This document shows, piece by piece, positions 25,151-37,949 of a DNA stretch of 64,000 nt. Each line of letters starts with the position of its first letter. Position 1 is the first letter of the stretch. The stretch is taken from NCBI RefSeq assembly GCF_009834535.1, contig NC_045696.1, positions 6,140,001 through 6,204,000 of the forward strand, in the 5' to 3' direction. The position numbers were made by a program, and so were the translations under genes. The stretch is from Camelus ferus. Its lineage: Eukaryota. A model generated the notes under the pieces. The model was given only the letters and a program-made list of their open reading frames with translations. It was not told where the DNA came from and searched no databases.

Positions 25151-25734
25151 GAGGTCAAGTCGGTGATCCCTTCTGTATCAAAGACCCCTTGTCTCTGTAT
25201 GATTTGCAGTCTATGAGTTGAAGGTAGAGGCAGGTGACCCCCCACACACACTTTTTGAACAGGCCTTGGTCTACTCGATTTCTGCCTGGGATGCTGAGGG
25301 CCCGGTCCTGTTCCTGAGCAACTTAGTCTTATCCTTCCTTGGGATCCCCAACCACTCAGTAACCAATAGTGCTGGCAGACACAGGGGTCCGGGAGCGTGT
25401 GTGTGTGAAGTGAGGTTCAGAGTAAGAGATGCAGGGGTGTCAGGGACTCTGGGGGAGAGAAGCATCTCCCCCAGGCCTGCCATTTTCTGGTGCTGTTACA
25501 TCCAGTTTGATGAACAGGGCCCTGCAAGGTTTGGGGTGAAATGATGCCCCACGGAGTCAGGACCCCGAGACCCAGGTAAGCAGCTGTGTATTCCCTCCCT
25601 CAGTGGTGTGGCCTCGGTGAGATCTGTGCACTTGTGTCTCTTCATCTATAAATGGAGGACATTAAAGCCTGATTATTTTGCCCTGTGGGGTGACTTGAGG
25701 CTCCAATGAAGCAGGAGAGGAGTGTAAAAGGTTA

Positions 25735-25880
25735 TTTTTTTAAATACCTTTATGGCGGTGTGGTTCCTGCCCAGTAAACTGCACGTATTTCAGATGTGCA
25801 CTTTGGTGGATTTTGATAGATGTCCACACCCATGAAACCAGCCCTGCAGTCAGGATAGCTGACATTTCCATGTCTCCCCA
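25735..25880 (-). mobile_element. L1MB/MC 3' terminal fragment
   Basis: taaactgcacgtattt...gattttgatagatg...acccatgaaacca...gacatttccat. Confidence 0.65.
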
Positions 25881-28319
25881 GCTCTGCAGTCTATGGGAGG
25901 CCCTTCTCACCTCCTGACATGGCCCTCTTTCCCTCTGACTTGTTCCCGCATAGATTTTATGAGAATCCAATTTTTTCCCATCAAACGGTATCTCCAGGAA
26001 GGCTGTGGGGGCCAGGAGCCTTGTGGGGACCCATGAAGCCCACATCAGGCACCCCAACCACGGGGCTCACTGTGCCTGTTCCCGGCGGCACAATTAGCCG
26101 ACGGCATCGCTGCTTTCCTTCCTTAGTTTGGTACAGCCGTGACTTAGGGGACCGTCTCTAACTCTCCCAGCCTGGCCGCCTGCTCTGCAGGCCTGGAACC
26201 CCAGCACAGACACAGAGACAACAGCCTTCGGGAGACTGCTTCACCAGCTCCCACAACTGCACACGGTCAAACCCTTGTCATAAATCCCTTGTTGAATCTA
26301 CCACTTCCTAGAGCTTCTGTCTCTCTGAGCAGACAAGATCCTATTTGCAACACCAGACGGGGACCAACTGAGCATTTTGTAGTAGGCGACACTCCAGGTC
26401 TACACTGGACAGACGCTCCTTGGGCTGAAGTCATTCCATTACCTGACGGTTCCATCTGATTTGTGCAGACAAGGCAGCCCATTAAAGTTCCAGCTGATTT
26501 CCTTCTTTCAGTTCTGGCTGCCTGATTGAATTCTGGATTCTTTCCACATTTTCCTGTCTCTGTATATGTTTATGGTGCCTGAGCAGTGACCGCCGTCTCT
26601 CCCAAGCGCTGGCTCTGCCCCACAGCTCTGGTGTCCCAGTGAACCCAAGCCTTTGGAGGAGCAGGACTCGGCTTTGTAGCCGACTTTTTCTCGAGGGATC
26701 TCTGAGGCCCCGCCTCGAGCATCCACCAGCCCTTCCATGAGGCAGGTGAAGTAGGTTCCCCTGCGGCTGCTCAGCCCCGCCCCTGGTTGTCGGAGGTCCA
26801 CTCTCCCAGAATCTCTTTGTTGTGGCCCCAGTGCTCTTCCGGGAGGTTTCCCTGAGCAGACTTTAAGTCCTGCTGTCTCTCCATCATGGCTCATATCTGG
26901 TCCATGGGAAACAGCTATGAGGCCCGTGCGCCCATCGGTGAGAGTGAACTCGTGGCCCCTGTATCTCGTCCCCCTCTCCCTGCCCTGCTGCTGCTGCAAA
27001 CCCCCAGCTCCTCACCGGTGGATCTTCACACAGATGTCAAACATCAGTCCACCGTGCCTCCTGGAATCCAGGACGCAAGGAGCACGGTCTCCAACTCATC
27101 CTACAGAAACAGGTCTCCCAGTGTGAACTGAAGAAGGAGGCACACTTCCACGTACCACCCCCACAGTGATGTCTTGTAATTTCCCCAGGGAAATCCTTCT
27201 CTCAAACCTTCCTCCTCCCAAGCCTGACCTCTTTACAGCCCCGATGTGGGCGAGCGGTCTAATTATTTTTGGCTATTTAGTTAAAAATGTTTACAATGAG
27301 ATTGCTTTTACCATTCACTTGCATCCTGAAATCTACCACCCTTGGGAAAGTGTGACATCAGGTCCACAGATTGACGATACACTGGCAGCGCCTCCCAGGG
27401 AGACGGCGCCCAGCCCACAGTGTTAAGTGTGGGGTCTGGGCCACAGGGAAGCCCCTCCGGGGAGAAAAGGGCATCAGATTCCTCGTCTGATGACCACAGC
27501 TATTAGGTTCCCCTGACTCACTCCAGCAGCTGTGATTTCAAGCTGGCCAAGCTGCCTTTCAATCATAAGTTGTCTTCCCGCATGTGTTTGCCTGAGTTGG
27601 GGCGGGGAGAGCAATGCTCCTTCACCACCAGACGGCTGTGCTTCCCAGTGGGCTGAACTTGCCAACATCACGCCATGCTTCAGCCCGGCAAACCACTGGA
27701 ACGAGCTGGAGCCTAACTGCCAGAGCGCAGTGAGGGCTTAACTCCCAGAGAGATGTTCCTTTTCGTCTCCCGCCCCCCGCCGCACAGCATCCGGCTTTGC
27801 AGTTTGCTGCATCCTTCTCCATCCATTTCTCGAGAGTGTTTCCCTCTCCTTCCCCTCAAGCAGTTCTAACCCTCCCTCAACAGGTTTCTTGTCTCCGTAA
27901 CTAGAGTCTAAGTGACTCAGTGACATAAAAGGCACTTTGTCAGACTCAGCGAGGTTCTAGGACTGACTGCCCAGAGCTCATACTGGGGCTTATCAGTACT
28001 TGCCAAAAAGAATCCAATTGGAAGTTTCCAACCGCTCAGAGCATGAGAAATATTCTAGGCAGGGCAGGAAGACCAGGAGCGGAAGAGAACTTGATGTTAA
28101 CTGACCTTTAATTTGTAGTCTTCCCACCCTCTTTACCAAGAGAGCCGCCACGTGGGAGGCTCTCTGAGGAAGCTGGTGCCCCAAAGCCTCCCAGGGCCGG
28201 GGCCCCGGCCCAGCTGGGGAGGTTAGTGACAACAACGGGGAGACCCTTGCGGGTCCTCGGCTCCTTCCGCGATTCCCAGCCCTGCTCTTCCGGCAGCTCA
28301 GTGCGGTGGACACCCTCAC

Positions 28320-28450
28320 TGGGAGCCCGCCTCACAGAAGGAGGCCTGGTGGGATGTTAGTGCCTTTCCCCGGGTCACACCGCTCAGGAGGGATAGGACT
28401 GGAACTCGAACCAGGAAGCTACCCTCCCGAGCCCGCCCTGCCAGTCACCC
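28320..28450 (-). mobile_element. MIR fragment
   Basis: ttagtgcctttccccgggtcacac...ggactggaactcgaaccagg. Confidence 0.6.
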
Positions 28451-28484
28451 TGCTGTATTTCAGTGGCTTTGCAGCCCGGAGGCG

Positions 28485-28610
28485 GCAGCACAGATTCCGT
28501 CCTGCCGCTCACTGGCTCTGTGATTTGGGGCAAATTACTCGATATATCTGAGTCTCGGTTTCTAAACAGAAAATGAGAGTAATACTTAGTTGGCTGTGAA
28601 GGTGAAGAGA
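28485..28610 (+). mobile_element. MIR fragment
   Basis: ctgtgatttggggcaaattactc...tctgagtctcggtttct...aaaatgagagtaata. Confidence 0.7.
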
Positions 28611-28816
28611 GAGCAGGACGGGCAGGCAGAAGAGGCACGTCTCCGTCTTCACCCCTGGGCCTGCCACGGGCACAGACGGTGCCTAATTTATCCTGGTGAA
28701 AATCAAAGGGATGGAGGAACTGGGATGGTGGTGGGGGTGTGGTTCTAGGTTGTCGGGGCATCAGCATTCCATGGGGCGTAATCTGCCGGGAAACGAACAT
28801 TATCTGAAGAGACCCA

Positions 28817-28818
<2 letters not shown>

Positions 28819-28856
<38 letters not shown>
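28819..28856. repeat. (GT)19 microsatellite
   Basis: Directly visible. Confidence 0.97.
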
Positions 28857-28858
<2 letters not shown>

Positions 28859-29229
28859 CCGGAAGTGGGAGCCAGCGGCAAATACTGCCCTTGGCGGGCG
28901 AGGCCAGGGGACAGCGGTGGGGCTCCCTGTGGCCTTTCACACCTCTGACATCATCCTCATCTTTCAACGCTAACCCCTCCTTTTCACTGACTACTACACA
29001 TTTTCCCCTTAAAGATAGCATTTTATTGATTTTTCTTTTGTAAAGAATAATTTATGTCGGTGGGGGAAATTTTAGAGAGCAGAGACAAGCGCAAGGGAAA
29101 ACCTTTAAGTCACTCACATTAACCTTTCGTTTACTCTCTCTGGTTCCCCCGATTGAATTGTGTTTTTATTCTTTTACTTATTACTATTTTGCTAAACAGG
29201 GATGTACTTTCCTAAGTCTTTTCTTAGGA

Positions 29230-29850
29230 TGCTGATGATTCACCCCTGGTCTCCTGCCCTGGCCCTCTGGTGAGGACCACAGCTGCAGGCCCAGGACACC
29301 CTCCGGGCCCCTTGGATGCCCCAGGGACAGGAAACACTTTGTGAGCAAAACAGAATTGAACTGATTGCGGCTTCGGCCCCTCGAGCCTCACCCACCATCC
29401 TCACCAGCCTCCCTCCCACCCAACCTGATCAATGTCCACCCCCGTGCCCCGAATAATCATCTCCACCACTGTTCAGGCCACACTACGCCCACCAAGACTG
29501 CTCCACCCCCACAGAGGTTCTCCTCATCTCCATCCCTATCCTCCTCAAATTTCTTCCTTACATTCAAGCCATTGATTCCTTTAAAATGCAAATCTCATCC
29601 CGTCATTCTCACTGCCCCAAAGCCATCCTTTGTGCCCCTCGGCCCACAGAATGAAGGGCAAAGTCCTGGCCCCTCCTCCTGGCCTTGACTACCTCTTCTT
29701 GGACCCACGTGTCTCTGAACTTCTTTCTCTGACCTTTGTGCTCTGCTGCTTTGCCTGGAAAACCCCACTCCCTACCCTGGCCCCCACCCCAAGGCAAGCC
29801 TCCTCATCTTCAGCATGCCCACCGCTTCTGTGATCCCCACTGGGTGACGC
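29230..29850 (+). mobile_element. Degenerate L2 body
   Basis: gctgatgattcac...aaaacagaattgaactgatt...taaaatgcaaatctcatcccgtcattctc. Confidence 0.55.
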
Positions 29851-30104
29851 TGGGGCCTCTGCTTTGCACCCTGACTCCCCGAGCCCATTCCCTTCCAAGT
29901 CATAAAATTAACGGCAGCTCTGCGGACTGCCCTCCACTTCACTGCATGGAACGTCTCTGGTCTGATTCTAAGAGAGGCCTGAACAGGGCCTCTCCTCTCT
30001 GACAGCTAAGTGCTGAAGTGCCTGGGACCACGTCCGGGGCCTCTTTTCTTCCCCATCAACACTCTTTTCCCCAGTAATGTTACCCTTTTTTAAAGCTTTA
30101 ATGT

Positions 30105-30211
30105 CAGGGTGACCAACCACCGCAGTGTGCTTGGGACTGAGGGGTTTCACGGAATGTGGGACTTTGAAACAAGGAAAGTCCCAAGCAAACTGGGGTGAGT
30201 TGGGCACCCAA
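30105..30211 (+). mobile_element. MER81 hAT-Blackjack MITE
   Basis: TIRs agggtgaccaac/gttgggcaccc; internal gggactgaggggtttc...gggacttt...ggaaagtccc. Confidence 0.85.
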
Positions 30212-30229
30212 GTCCCATCAATGCTAGAA

Positions 30230-31660
30230 ACTCCACAGAGTTATATCTGCAGCCCCAGTCCCTGCCCTGAGCTCCAGATGTTCAGATCTAACACTAAATT
30301 CCATTCTGATGTGCCACTGGCATCACAAAGCTGAAGTGGCCCAGACATTGCTCGCTGTGGTCTAGACTCTCCCCTGCCTCCCATCACACCTCATCCTACT
30401 CTCACCCGAACTCGCTGGACTCCACCCACCTTCAGACACGCCGACATCCCGCCTCCGGGTCTTTGCACCTGCCTTCTCCCCTGCAAGAAACACCCTCCCC
30501 TCCTCTTCTCTGCTCCCCTCTGCTCCTCCCTCCAGTTCCTCCCTCAGGGAGCCCTTTCCAGACCTAAAGCAGGCCCTTCCCTTACTGTTTTCTTTTATTG
30601 AAGTGTAGTCAGTTTACAGTGTTGTGTCAGTTTCTGGTGTACAGCATAATAGTTCAGTCACACATACACACACATATATACCCTTTCAGATTCTTTTTCA
30701 TTATAGGTCACTACAATATATTGACTATAGTTCTCTGTGCTATGCAGTAGAAACTTGTTGTTTATCTATCTTATATATTGTAGTTAGTATCTGCAAATCT
30801 CTAACCCCCAGTTTATCCCTTCTCACCTCCTCTCCCCGCTGGTGACCATAAGCTTGTTTTCTATGAGAGTCTGCTTCTGTTTTGCAAATAAGTTCATTTG
30901 TCTTTTTTTTTTTTTTTTTTTAAGATTCCACATTTAAGTGATATCATATGGTATTTTTCTTTCTCTTTCTGGCTGACTTCACTAAGAGTGATGATCTCTA
31001 GGCCCATCCATGTTACTGCAAATGGCATTATTTACTCTTTTCTCTGGCTGAGTAGTATTCCACTGTATAAATATACCACAACTTCTTTATCCAGTCATCT
31101 GTCAATGAACATTTAGGTTTCCATGTCTTGGCTATTGTAAGTAGTGCTGCTGTGAACATTGGGGTCCATGTATCTTTTCAAATTAGAGTTCTCTCCAGAT
31201 ATATGCCCAGGAGGGGGATTGCTGGATCATAGGGTAAGTCTATTTTTAGTTTTTTGAGGAATCTCCATACTGTTTTCCATAATGGCTGCACCAAACTACA
31301 TTCCCACCAGCAGTGTAGGAGGGTTTCCTTTTCTCCACACCCTCTCTGGCATTTATCATTTGTGGGCTTTTGAATGATGGCCACCCTGACCAGTGTGAGA
31401 TGACACCTCATTGTCCCCTTCCCTACTGTTGCTCTCATCCTGTCACCTGGCTTGTGTCTCTCATGACACTTACCACAACCAGAGATTATCTTATTCCTCC
31501 TGGCACTGCTTACTCGTTTACCTCCGTTCTCTCTCCCGCCCCCTGCCTGTCCTCCCTGGGATGTAAGCCCACGAACGTAGGGACTTTGTCCTGGTCATCA
31601 ACCACAGTGCCTGGCACATAGTAGGCTCAAAATTTTGATGGAGAATGATAGAATTAATCA
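30230..31660 (+). mobile_element. L2 3' region interrupted by an L1
   Basis: ggtctttgcacctgcc...cctcagggagccctttcc before the L1; acagtgcctggcacatagtaggctcaa terminus after it. Confidence 0.65.
30590..31415 (-). mobile_element. Young camelid-type 5'-truncated L1
   Basis: ORF2p C-terminus HLTLVR...[14 protein letters not shown]...[15 protein letters not shown] cccttccct(t)actgtt at 30574 and 31416. Confidence 0.95.
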
Positions 31661-31944
31661 AAATACTGATGTAAGGAAGTGCTGGGGAAGCAGAACAGAG
31701 CAATTTTCCTAAAATAGGTTCTGTGTCAGAGTTTATGAGTCACTGACAAAATGCTCTCACTTTTCTGCCATCTTATTTAATTATGCGTCCTCTCTCTGTG
31801 TGTCTTTGAGCAGTTGATAGTGAGAAAAGGCTCCTCCTTCCAGAGTACCGATGCAGAGAATGATTGGGAGAAAATGTGTCGTCAGCCCTGGAAGATATCA
31901 TTTAATATTTTACTTGATGACTTGGAACAAAGGTTCATAAATCT

Positions 31945-32072
31945 TATTTTGGGGGGGGTGGTAACTAGGTTTATTTTTTTAAATAAAATTTTAGTGGAGG
32001 TACTGGTGATTGAAACTAGGACCTCATGCATGCTAAGCACGAGCTGTACCACTGAGCTACACCCTCTCCCAC
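31945..32072 (-). mobile_element. tRNA-derived SINE, Vic-1-like
   Basis: ggaggtactggtgattgaa...catgcatgctaagcac...taccactgagctacaccc. Confidence 0.9.
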
Positions 32073-32084
32073 CCCTCAGTATTT

Positions 32085-32750
32085 TAAAGATAATTTTTTA
32101 GAGCATTTTTGGGTTCACAACAAAATTGAGGGGAAGGTACAAAAAGTTCCCATATCCCCCCTACCCCCACACATGCACAGCCTCCCCACTGTTAACATCC
32201 CCCACTGGAGGGTACCTTTGTCACCACTGATAAACCTGCAGTGACACATCGTCTACATCCAGGGTCCATACTTTACATTAAGTTCACTCTTGGTGCCGAA
32301 CATCCAATGGGTTTGGACAAACATATAGGACTTGGATCCACCATTAGGGTGTCAGTACGGAGTGTTTCCACTGCCCCCAAATCCCCTGAGCTCTTGCCTA
32401 GTAAACTCCCCCTCACCCCTAGCAACACAGACCTTTTTACTGTCTCCATAGTTTTGCCTTTGCCAGAATGTCATAGAGTTGGAATCATACAGTCTTTAGT
32501 CTTTTTAGACTGACTTCTCTCACTTAGTAATAGGCATGTAAGGTTCTTCCATATCTTTTCATGGCTTGATAACTCATTTCTTTTTAGCAATGAGTAATAT
32601 TCCATTGTCTGAATGGACCACAGCTGTTTATCTGCTCACCTACTAAATTTTCCGTTCTCACCAGCAATGAATGCAAGTTCCTGCTGCTCCTCATCATTGT
32701 CAGCACTTAGTGATGTCAGTTTTAAAGATTTTGGCCATTCTAATAGGTGG
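32085..32750 (-). mobile_element. L1MC1-like 3' end
   Basis: ttagagcatttttgggttcacaacaaaattgag...cccccacacatgcacagcctccccc...tgccagaatgtcatagagttggaatcatacag. Confidence 0.85.
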
Positions 32751-32889
32751 TGTAGGTTTGTTGATGTTTAAAATAAGAAAACTGTAAAATGTGAAGAACA
32801 AAGCATTTTCTATGATGTTTCTAGACATAGGTATCATTGTTAAAGTTCATCAGTGATGCTTTAGGATTTTTTTTTCTTTTTAGTTAATC

Positions 32890-33673
32890 CAGGCATACCT
32901 CATTTTATTGTGGCTCATTTTAGTGTGTTTTGCAGATTTTGTGTTTTTTACACACTGAAGGATTGTGGCAACCCTACGCAGAACAAGTCTATTTGCACCA
33001 TTTTTCCAACAGTATTTGCTCACTTTGTATCTCTGTGTCACATTTTGATAATTCTCAATATTCAAGCTTTTTTACTATTATAATTTGTTATAGTGATGTG
33101 CGATCAGTGATCTTTGATGTTATCCTTGTAAATGGGAGCCACAGGAAGCACGCCTGTGTAAGACAGTGAACTTATCAATAAATGCTGTGTGGGTTGTGGC
33201 TGCTCCACAGACTGGCTGTTCCCCCATCTCTCTCCCTCTCCTTGGGCCTCCCTATCCCCTGAGATACCACAATACTGAAATTAGGTCACTTAGTAACCCT
33301 CTAAGTGTTCAAGTGAAAAGAAGAACCAATGAATGAGGCAAACTTCATTGCTGTCTTTTTTTAAGAAATTGCCTCTGACGCCCCGACCTTCACAACCGCC
33401 ACCCTGATCAGTCAGCAGCCATCAACACCGAGGCAAGACCCTCTCCCAGCAAAAAGGTGATGACTCCTGAAGGCTCAGATGATGGGTGGCATCTTTTAGC
33501 AATAAAGTATTTTTAAATAAAGGAAAGTATATTGTTTTCTTGGATGTAACACGGTTGCACACCTAACAGGCTGCTGTGTAGTGTAAGCATAACTTTTGTA
33601 CGCACTGGGAAACCAGGTACACGTAACTGCGGTGGTCTGGAACCAAACCCGCGATACCTCTGAGGTGTGCCTG
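32890..33673 (+). mobile_element. Internally deleted Tigger1 (TcMar) with both ends
   Basis: TIRs caggcatacctc...gaggtgtgcctg followed by TA; both arms match the recalled Tigger1 ends. Confidence 0.92.
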
Positions 33674-33739
33674 TAGGTGTATTTTGGTTTTTACAAAACT
33701 GGTGTAATAGGGCATGTTTTCTTTGGTAGTTGCTTTAGT

Positions 33740-34310
33740 TTTCACCTTATAATATGCCATGATCATTTTTATACATCATTTTTAATAGCTGTATGATATT
33801 CTATTATATACACAAGTCTTTAACCAATTTCCTATTGAAAAATTAGATTATTTCCAAATTTTTACTATTATGGACAAAGTTGAGACAAACATGCCAGTGA
33901 ATACGTCTCTGTATAGATTCTTCTTTATTCCCTCTTAACAAATTCCTTGAAGTGAAATTAGGGGGCTATGGAAGTTTTTAAAATTTTGTTATTTGTAACC
34001 AAATAGCTGTATGGAAAGGTTATATGAGTTTGGTGGGGAGGGTATAGCTCAGTGGTAGAGCACATGCTCAGCACACAGGAGGTCCTGGGTTCAATCTCCA
34101 GTAGCTACTCCAAACAGAAATAAATGTATAAACCTAATTACCTCCCCCTCATTTAAAAAAAAAAAAAGCCAAAAAAAGAGAAAGGTTATATGAGTTTATA
34201 TTTCCCAGAATTTGAGAATATCTACTTCCTCACTCTTCACCAACATTAAGTCATTGAGTTTCTTTTTTTAAATCTTTGCCAGTTTGAATTATACTATACT
34301 GTTGCTTAAT
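33740..34310 (-). mobile_element. Ancient L1ME-type fragment, host of the SINE at 34 kb
   Basis: tttaaccaatttcctattg...ttatttccaaatttttact...ctcttcaccaacat...aatctttgccagtttga. Confidence 0.65.
34032..34179 (+). mobile_element. Full-length tRNA-derived SINE, Vic-1-like
   Basis: ggggagggtatagctcagtggtagag...ctgggttcaatc, A tail, perfect 18-bp TSD gaaaggttatatgagttt at 34014-34031 and 34180-34197. Confidence 0.95.
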
Positions 34311-35854
34311 TTTCACTTTGTGGAGAACGAGGAACATGGTTTTTGGCATCACTTTCCGGATGAGAAAGCAGGATTTTTTTTTCTAAAGACTCTCCTAGGT
34401 GTCGAGAGGGAGGAAGCACCCTGAGAGGGGTGATGGGGAGACGGGGGCAGGTGGGCAGGGTGGGGTCTGAGGGACAGCCAGTGCTGCACGTGGTCACCGG
34501 GAAAGGGTCGGGCCACTGCTCCTGCCGCTCCTTTATTTCAAGATGGTGGGGACAGAGGGGCCACTGAAGTTCCACAGAGTCAGAGAGAAAATTTACTTAT
34601 TTCATCCTAATTTTTAGCATCACCCCTGGAACCCGCCGCTGCACTTGGCACTGCTGTTGTGGTCAAGGCTTTGGTGCAGGACAGTTTGTCTGAATCTCTG
34701 AGGACTTAACATGGGCAGGGGATCTCAAGGTCCACCCTTGGGGTCAGATTGGATGGAGACCCACAGGTGTCAGTGGAACCAGAGCTTCGCAAACAGGGTC
34801 TGGACCTTTACTGGCCGCATCTCCAGCTTCAGAGGGTGGACCAAGACCCCTCACTGCTGCTTTCGATGGGGAGCAAGCCAGGTGGGCTGAGGCTGCCAGT
34901 GGCGGGGGAGGGGAGACAGCTGTGCTCCCATTAGCGTGAGCACACAGAAAAAGGGCTCACTCTACCTGCGGGTCCCCGTGGACACAAATCTCTTCTGTCA
35001 TTCAATTCTTGTAACCAGGTGGCTTGCTAGAGGTGCCTTGTAGTTAAACCTAAAAGCTGAGCTTTATAAATGTGCTAACTGCCACTTTGCAAGGCACCCG
35101 GGCTCCCCAGGCTCACGTGCAGTCCTATGTGGGACATCCCACGCAATTTAAAATGCCTTTCTAAAGAGGACCAGCATCTATAATGGTCTGTTAAAAAAAA
35201 AAAAAAGAGGGAAAGAAAGGAGAACAATTTTGGAAACATTTTTTCTTTGGAATTTTCACCAGACTACAATGTTTTGTCTAATTTGAATTGTTCGTTATAC
35301 TTTTGGGTTTGAAATGTTGGGAGGTGCATGGAAATGGAGTCTGTTGAATGTTCTCAAAACTGGACTTCCCAAATGTTTAATGCTTAACTTTGCCAAATGG
35401 CTTGCACACCCAGAGTCTATTTCCAGAACTCTGGAGAGATTCGTACTCCTCCCCGATTTTCTGGGCGTGGAAAGCTAGCGAGTGGTGGTGGATCCCGTTC
35501 ACCCCAAGAGCAGACTTTCTAAGTGAGCAGGTCGTGATTTCCAGCCCAGAGGAGTGTTCGAGTCCCTTTTTTACTGTCTGTCCTCACTGACTCCAGGACA
35601 CACACGAGATGGATATCTGGTGCTCCAAACAGAAGCAGATGGACAAGCAGCCTTTCTAGAAAGGAGTTTTTACGCAGGTGTGCTGGATTGATCTCTAAGC
35701 AGGCAATAGCATGTTTGATTTGGGATGCCCAAACTTTGCTTTTACTTAGAGGTTCTTGTACCAGCAGAGTGTTCAACTAGATACATTTTTTGAACCTGGC
35801 AGAGGACAAAAAGAGCCTCCTTTCATGCATGTTGACAACGGCTTAGTGGACAAA

Positions 35855-36608
35855 TTTTTTTTAATTGAAGTAAAGTCAATTTACAATGTTATGTCAGTTT
35901 CTGGTGTACAGCAAATGTTTCAGTCACACAAACACACACATATATTCATTTTCATATTCTTTTTCATTATAGGTCACTACAAGATATTGAATATAGTTCT
36001 CTGTGCTGTACAGTCGAAACTTGTTGTTTATCTATTCTATATATAGTAGTCAGTATCTGCAAATCTTGAACTCCCAATTTATCCCTCCACCCACCCCCAC
36101 CCCCTCCCATAACCATAAGTTTGTTTTCTATGTCTGAGAGTCCGCTTCTGTTTTGTAAATAAGTTCACTTGTGTCTTTTTTCTTTTTTTTTTTTTTAAAG
36201 ATTCCTCATATGAGTGATACATAGTATTTTTCTTTCTCTCTCTGGCTTACTTCAGTTAGAATGACGATCTCCAGGTCCGTCCACATTGCTGCAAGTGGCA
36301 TTATTTTATTCTTTTTATATATGTATAAATATAACACAGCTTCTTTATTCAGTCATCTGTCAATAGGCATTTAGGTTGTTTCCTTGTCTTGGCTATTGTA
36401 TATAGTGCTGCTAGGAAAATTGGGGTGCATGTATCTTCTCAAATTTGAGTTCCCTCCAGATATATGTCCAGGAATGGGAAGGCTGGATCATATGGTAAGT
36501 CTATTTTAGTTTTTTGAGGTATCTCCATACTGTTTTCCATAAATGACTGCACCAAACTATATTTCCACCAACAGTGTAAGAAGGTTTCCTTTTCTCCACA
36601 CCCTCTTG
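35855..36608 (-). mobile_element. Camelid-type 5'-truncated L1
   Basis: Colinear with 30590-31350; encodes LWKTVWRYLKKLK. Confidence 0.93.
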
Positions 36609-36899
36609 GTATGGAAAAATGCTAAGCTTCCTGGATTTTAGATGCCTCATCTCCCCATAAGGAAGTGGGGAAATGTCAGAAGGCATGCAGCCAACTCCAC
36701 AGTCACTTTTCTAGATGATTAACACTTTCAATCAATTATTTCATCACCAAACGTTTACTTAACACCATCTGTGCCGAGGGCCTGGCCTTACTGTTAAGGA
36801 GAGGAAGGTGAGAGGGCAAAATCAAGCGGAAATGCACAGGCAACAGAGCGGGCTCTGTTGAAGGCCAGGAAGGCTTCATGGAGGAAATGACTTTAAAAA

Positions 36900-37323
36900 A
36901 ATTCTTTTTAATTGGAGTAGAGTTGATTTACAATGTTGTGTTAGTTTCAGGTGTACAGCAAAGTGATTCAGTTATACATATATATATATGTTCTTTTTCA
37001 GATTTTTTTCGGATACGTTATTACTAGATATTGAATGTAGTTCCCTGTGCTGTACAGTAGGTCCTTGTTGTTTATCTGTTTTATGTGTACTGATGTGTAT
37101 CTGTCAGTCCCAAACTCCTCATTTATCCTACCCTCCTTTCCCCTTTGATAACCATACATTTATTTTCTATGTCTGTGAGTCTATTTCTGTTTTGTAAAGA
37201 AGTTTATTTGTATAATTTTTTTAGGTTCCACATATAAGTGATTTCACATGGCATTTGCCTTTCTCTGTCTGACCAGCTTCACTCAGTATGATCATCTCTA
37301 GGTCCATCCATGTGGCTGCAAAA
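36900..37323 (-). mobile_element. Older cetartiodactyl-type L1 3' end inserted in an L2 fragment
   Basis: ttggagtagagttgatttacaatgttgtgttagtttcaggtg; FAATWMDLE remnant; flanks read as L2 (ggaaggcttcatggagga / tttgaactgggtcttggagga). Confidence 0.9.
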
Positions 37324-37949
37324 CGAATTTGAACTGGGTCTTGGAGGAGGCACCGAGATCCAGCAGTACTTGTCTTAGGGACAAGGGATGCTTTTTGCTT
37401 AAATATCGCACTTAGCTGTTTTGAAAGGCAGTTCCTGACTGAGAATCTTTTCCCCATGTGTGATTGATCTTCTCCCTAGTGGAGAAAAGAGGGCGGCACA
37501 GGAAAGCACTGCATACGCTTCCCACACCCTATTCAGATGGCCCGGGAACATTAAAAAGCATGTTGACTTTCATACTATGGTGAGTATCCACTCTTTGCTT
37601 TTATCCATTGCCCACGGTTATTTTGTCTTCCTTTAAAGATAAAGCAGGTTGCATTGTTAATAAATATGGTTTTTAGACAGGCTATGTACTGGGTTTTTTT
37701 AAGACTCCTCAAATGTTTTCTTGCTTTGAATTTGTAAAGGATGAACATTCAGCAGTGATGGTAGCAGAAGTACCATGTATCTGCATAAAGCACACGAAAT
37801 GAATATCTCTAATTGCACCTTAAACAGGGATTTAAAAACATTCTAGAGATGTCATTTTCCCTCTTGCGGAGGAGTATGAAGGTGAGTGGTGGGAGTGAGG
37901 TAATTCCAGGCACAACGGGAAGCCTCCAGAGAGGCACTCTGAGCAGACG

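Noticed and set aside
25480..25581. 71-nt exon candidate ending CAG|GTAAGC
   Set aside because: Weak acceptor and no other support
28384..29043. ORFs with THTHTH / VCVCVC runs
   Set aside because: Translation of the (GT)19 microsatellite
31178..31438. ORF with HCWWEC motif (and similar ORFs at 23055, 36501, 51669)
   Set aside because: These are L1 ORF2p C-terminal remnants, not host genes
34035..34110. tRNA gene
   Set aside because: A/B boxes are present, but it has a SINE tail, poly(A), an 18-bp TSD and three diverged paralogues in the window
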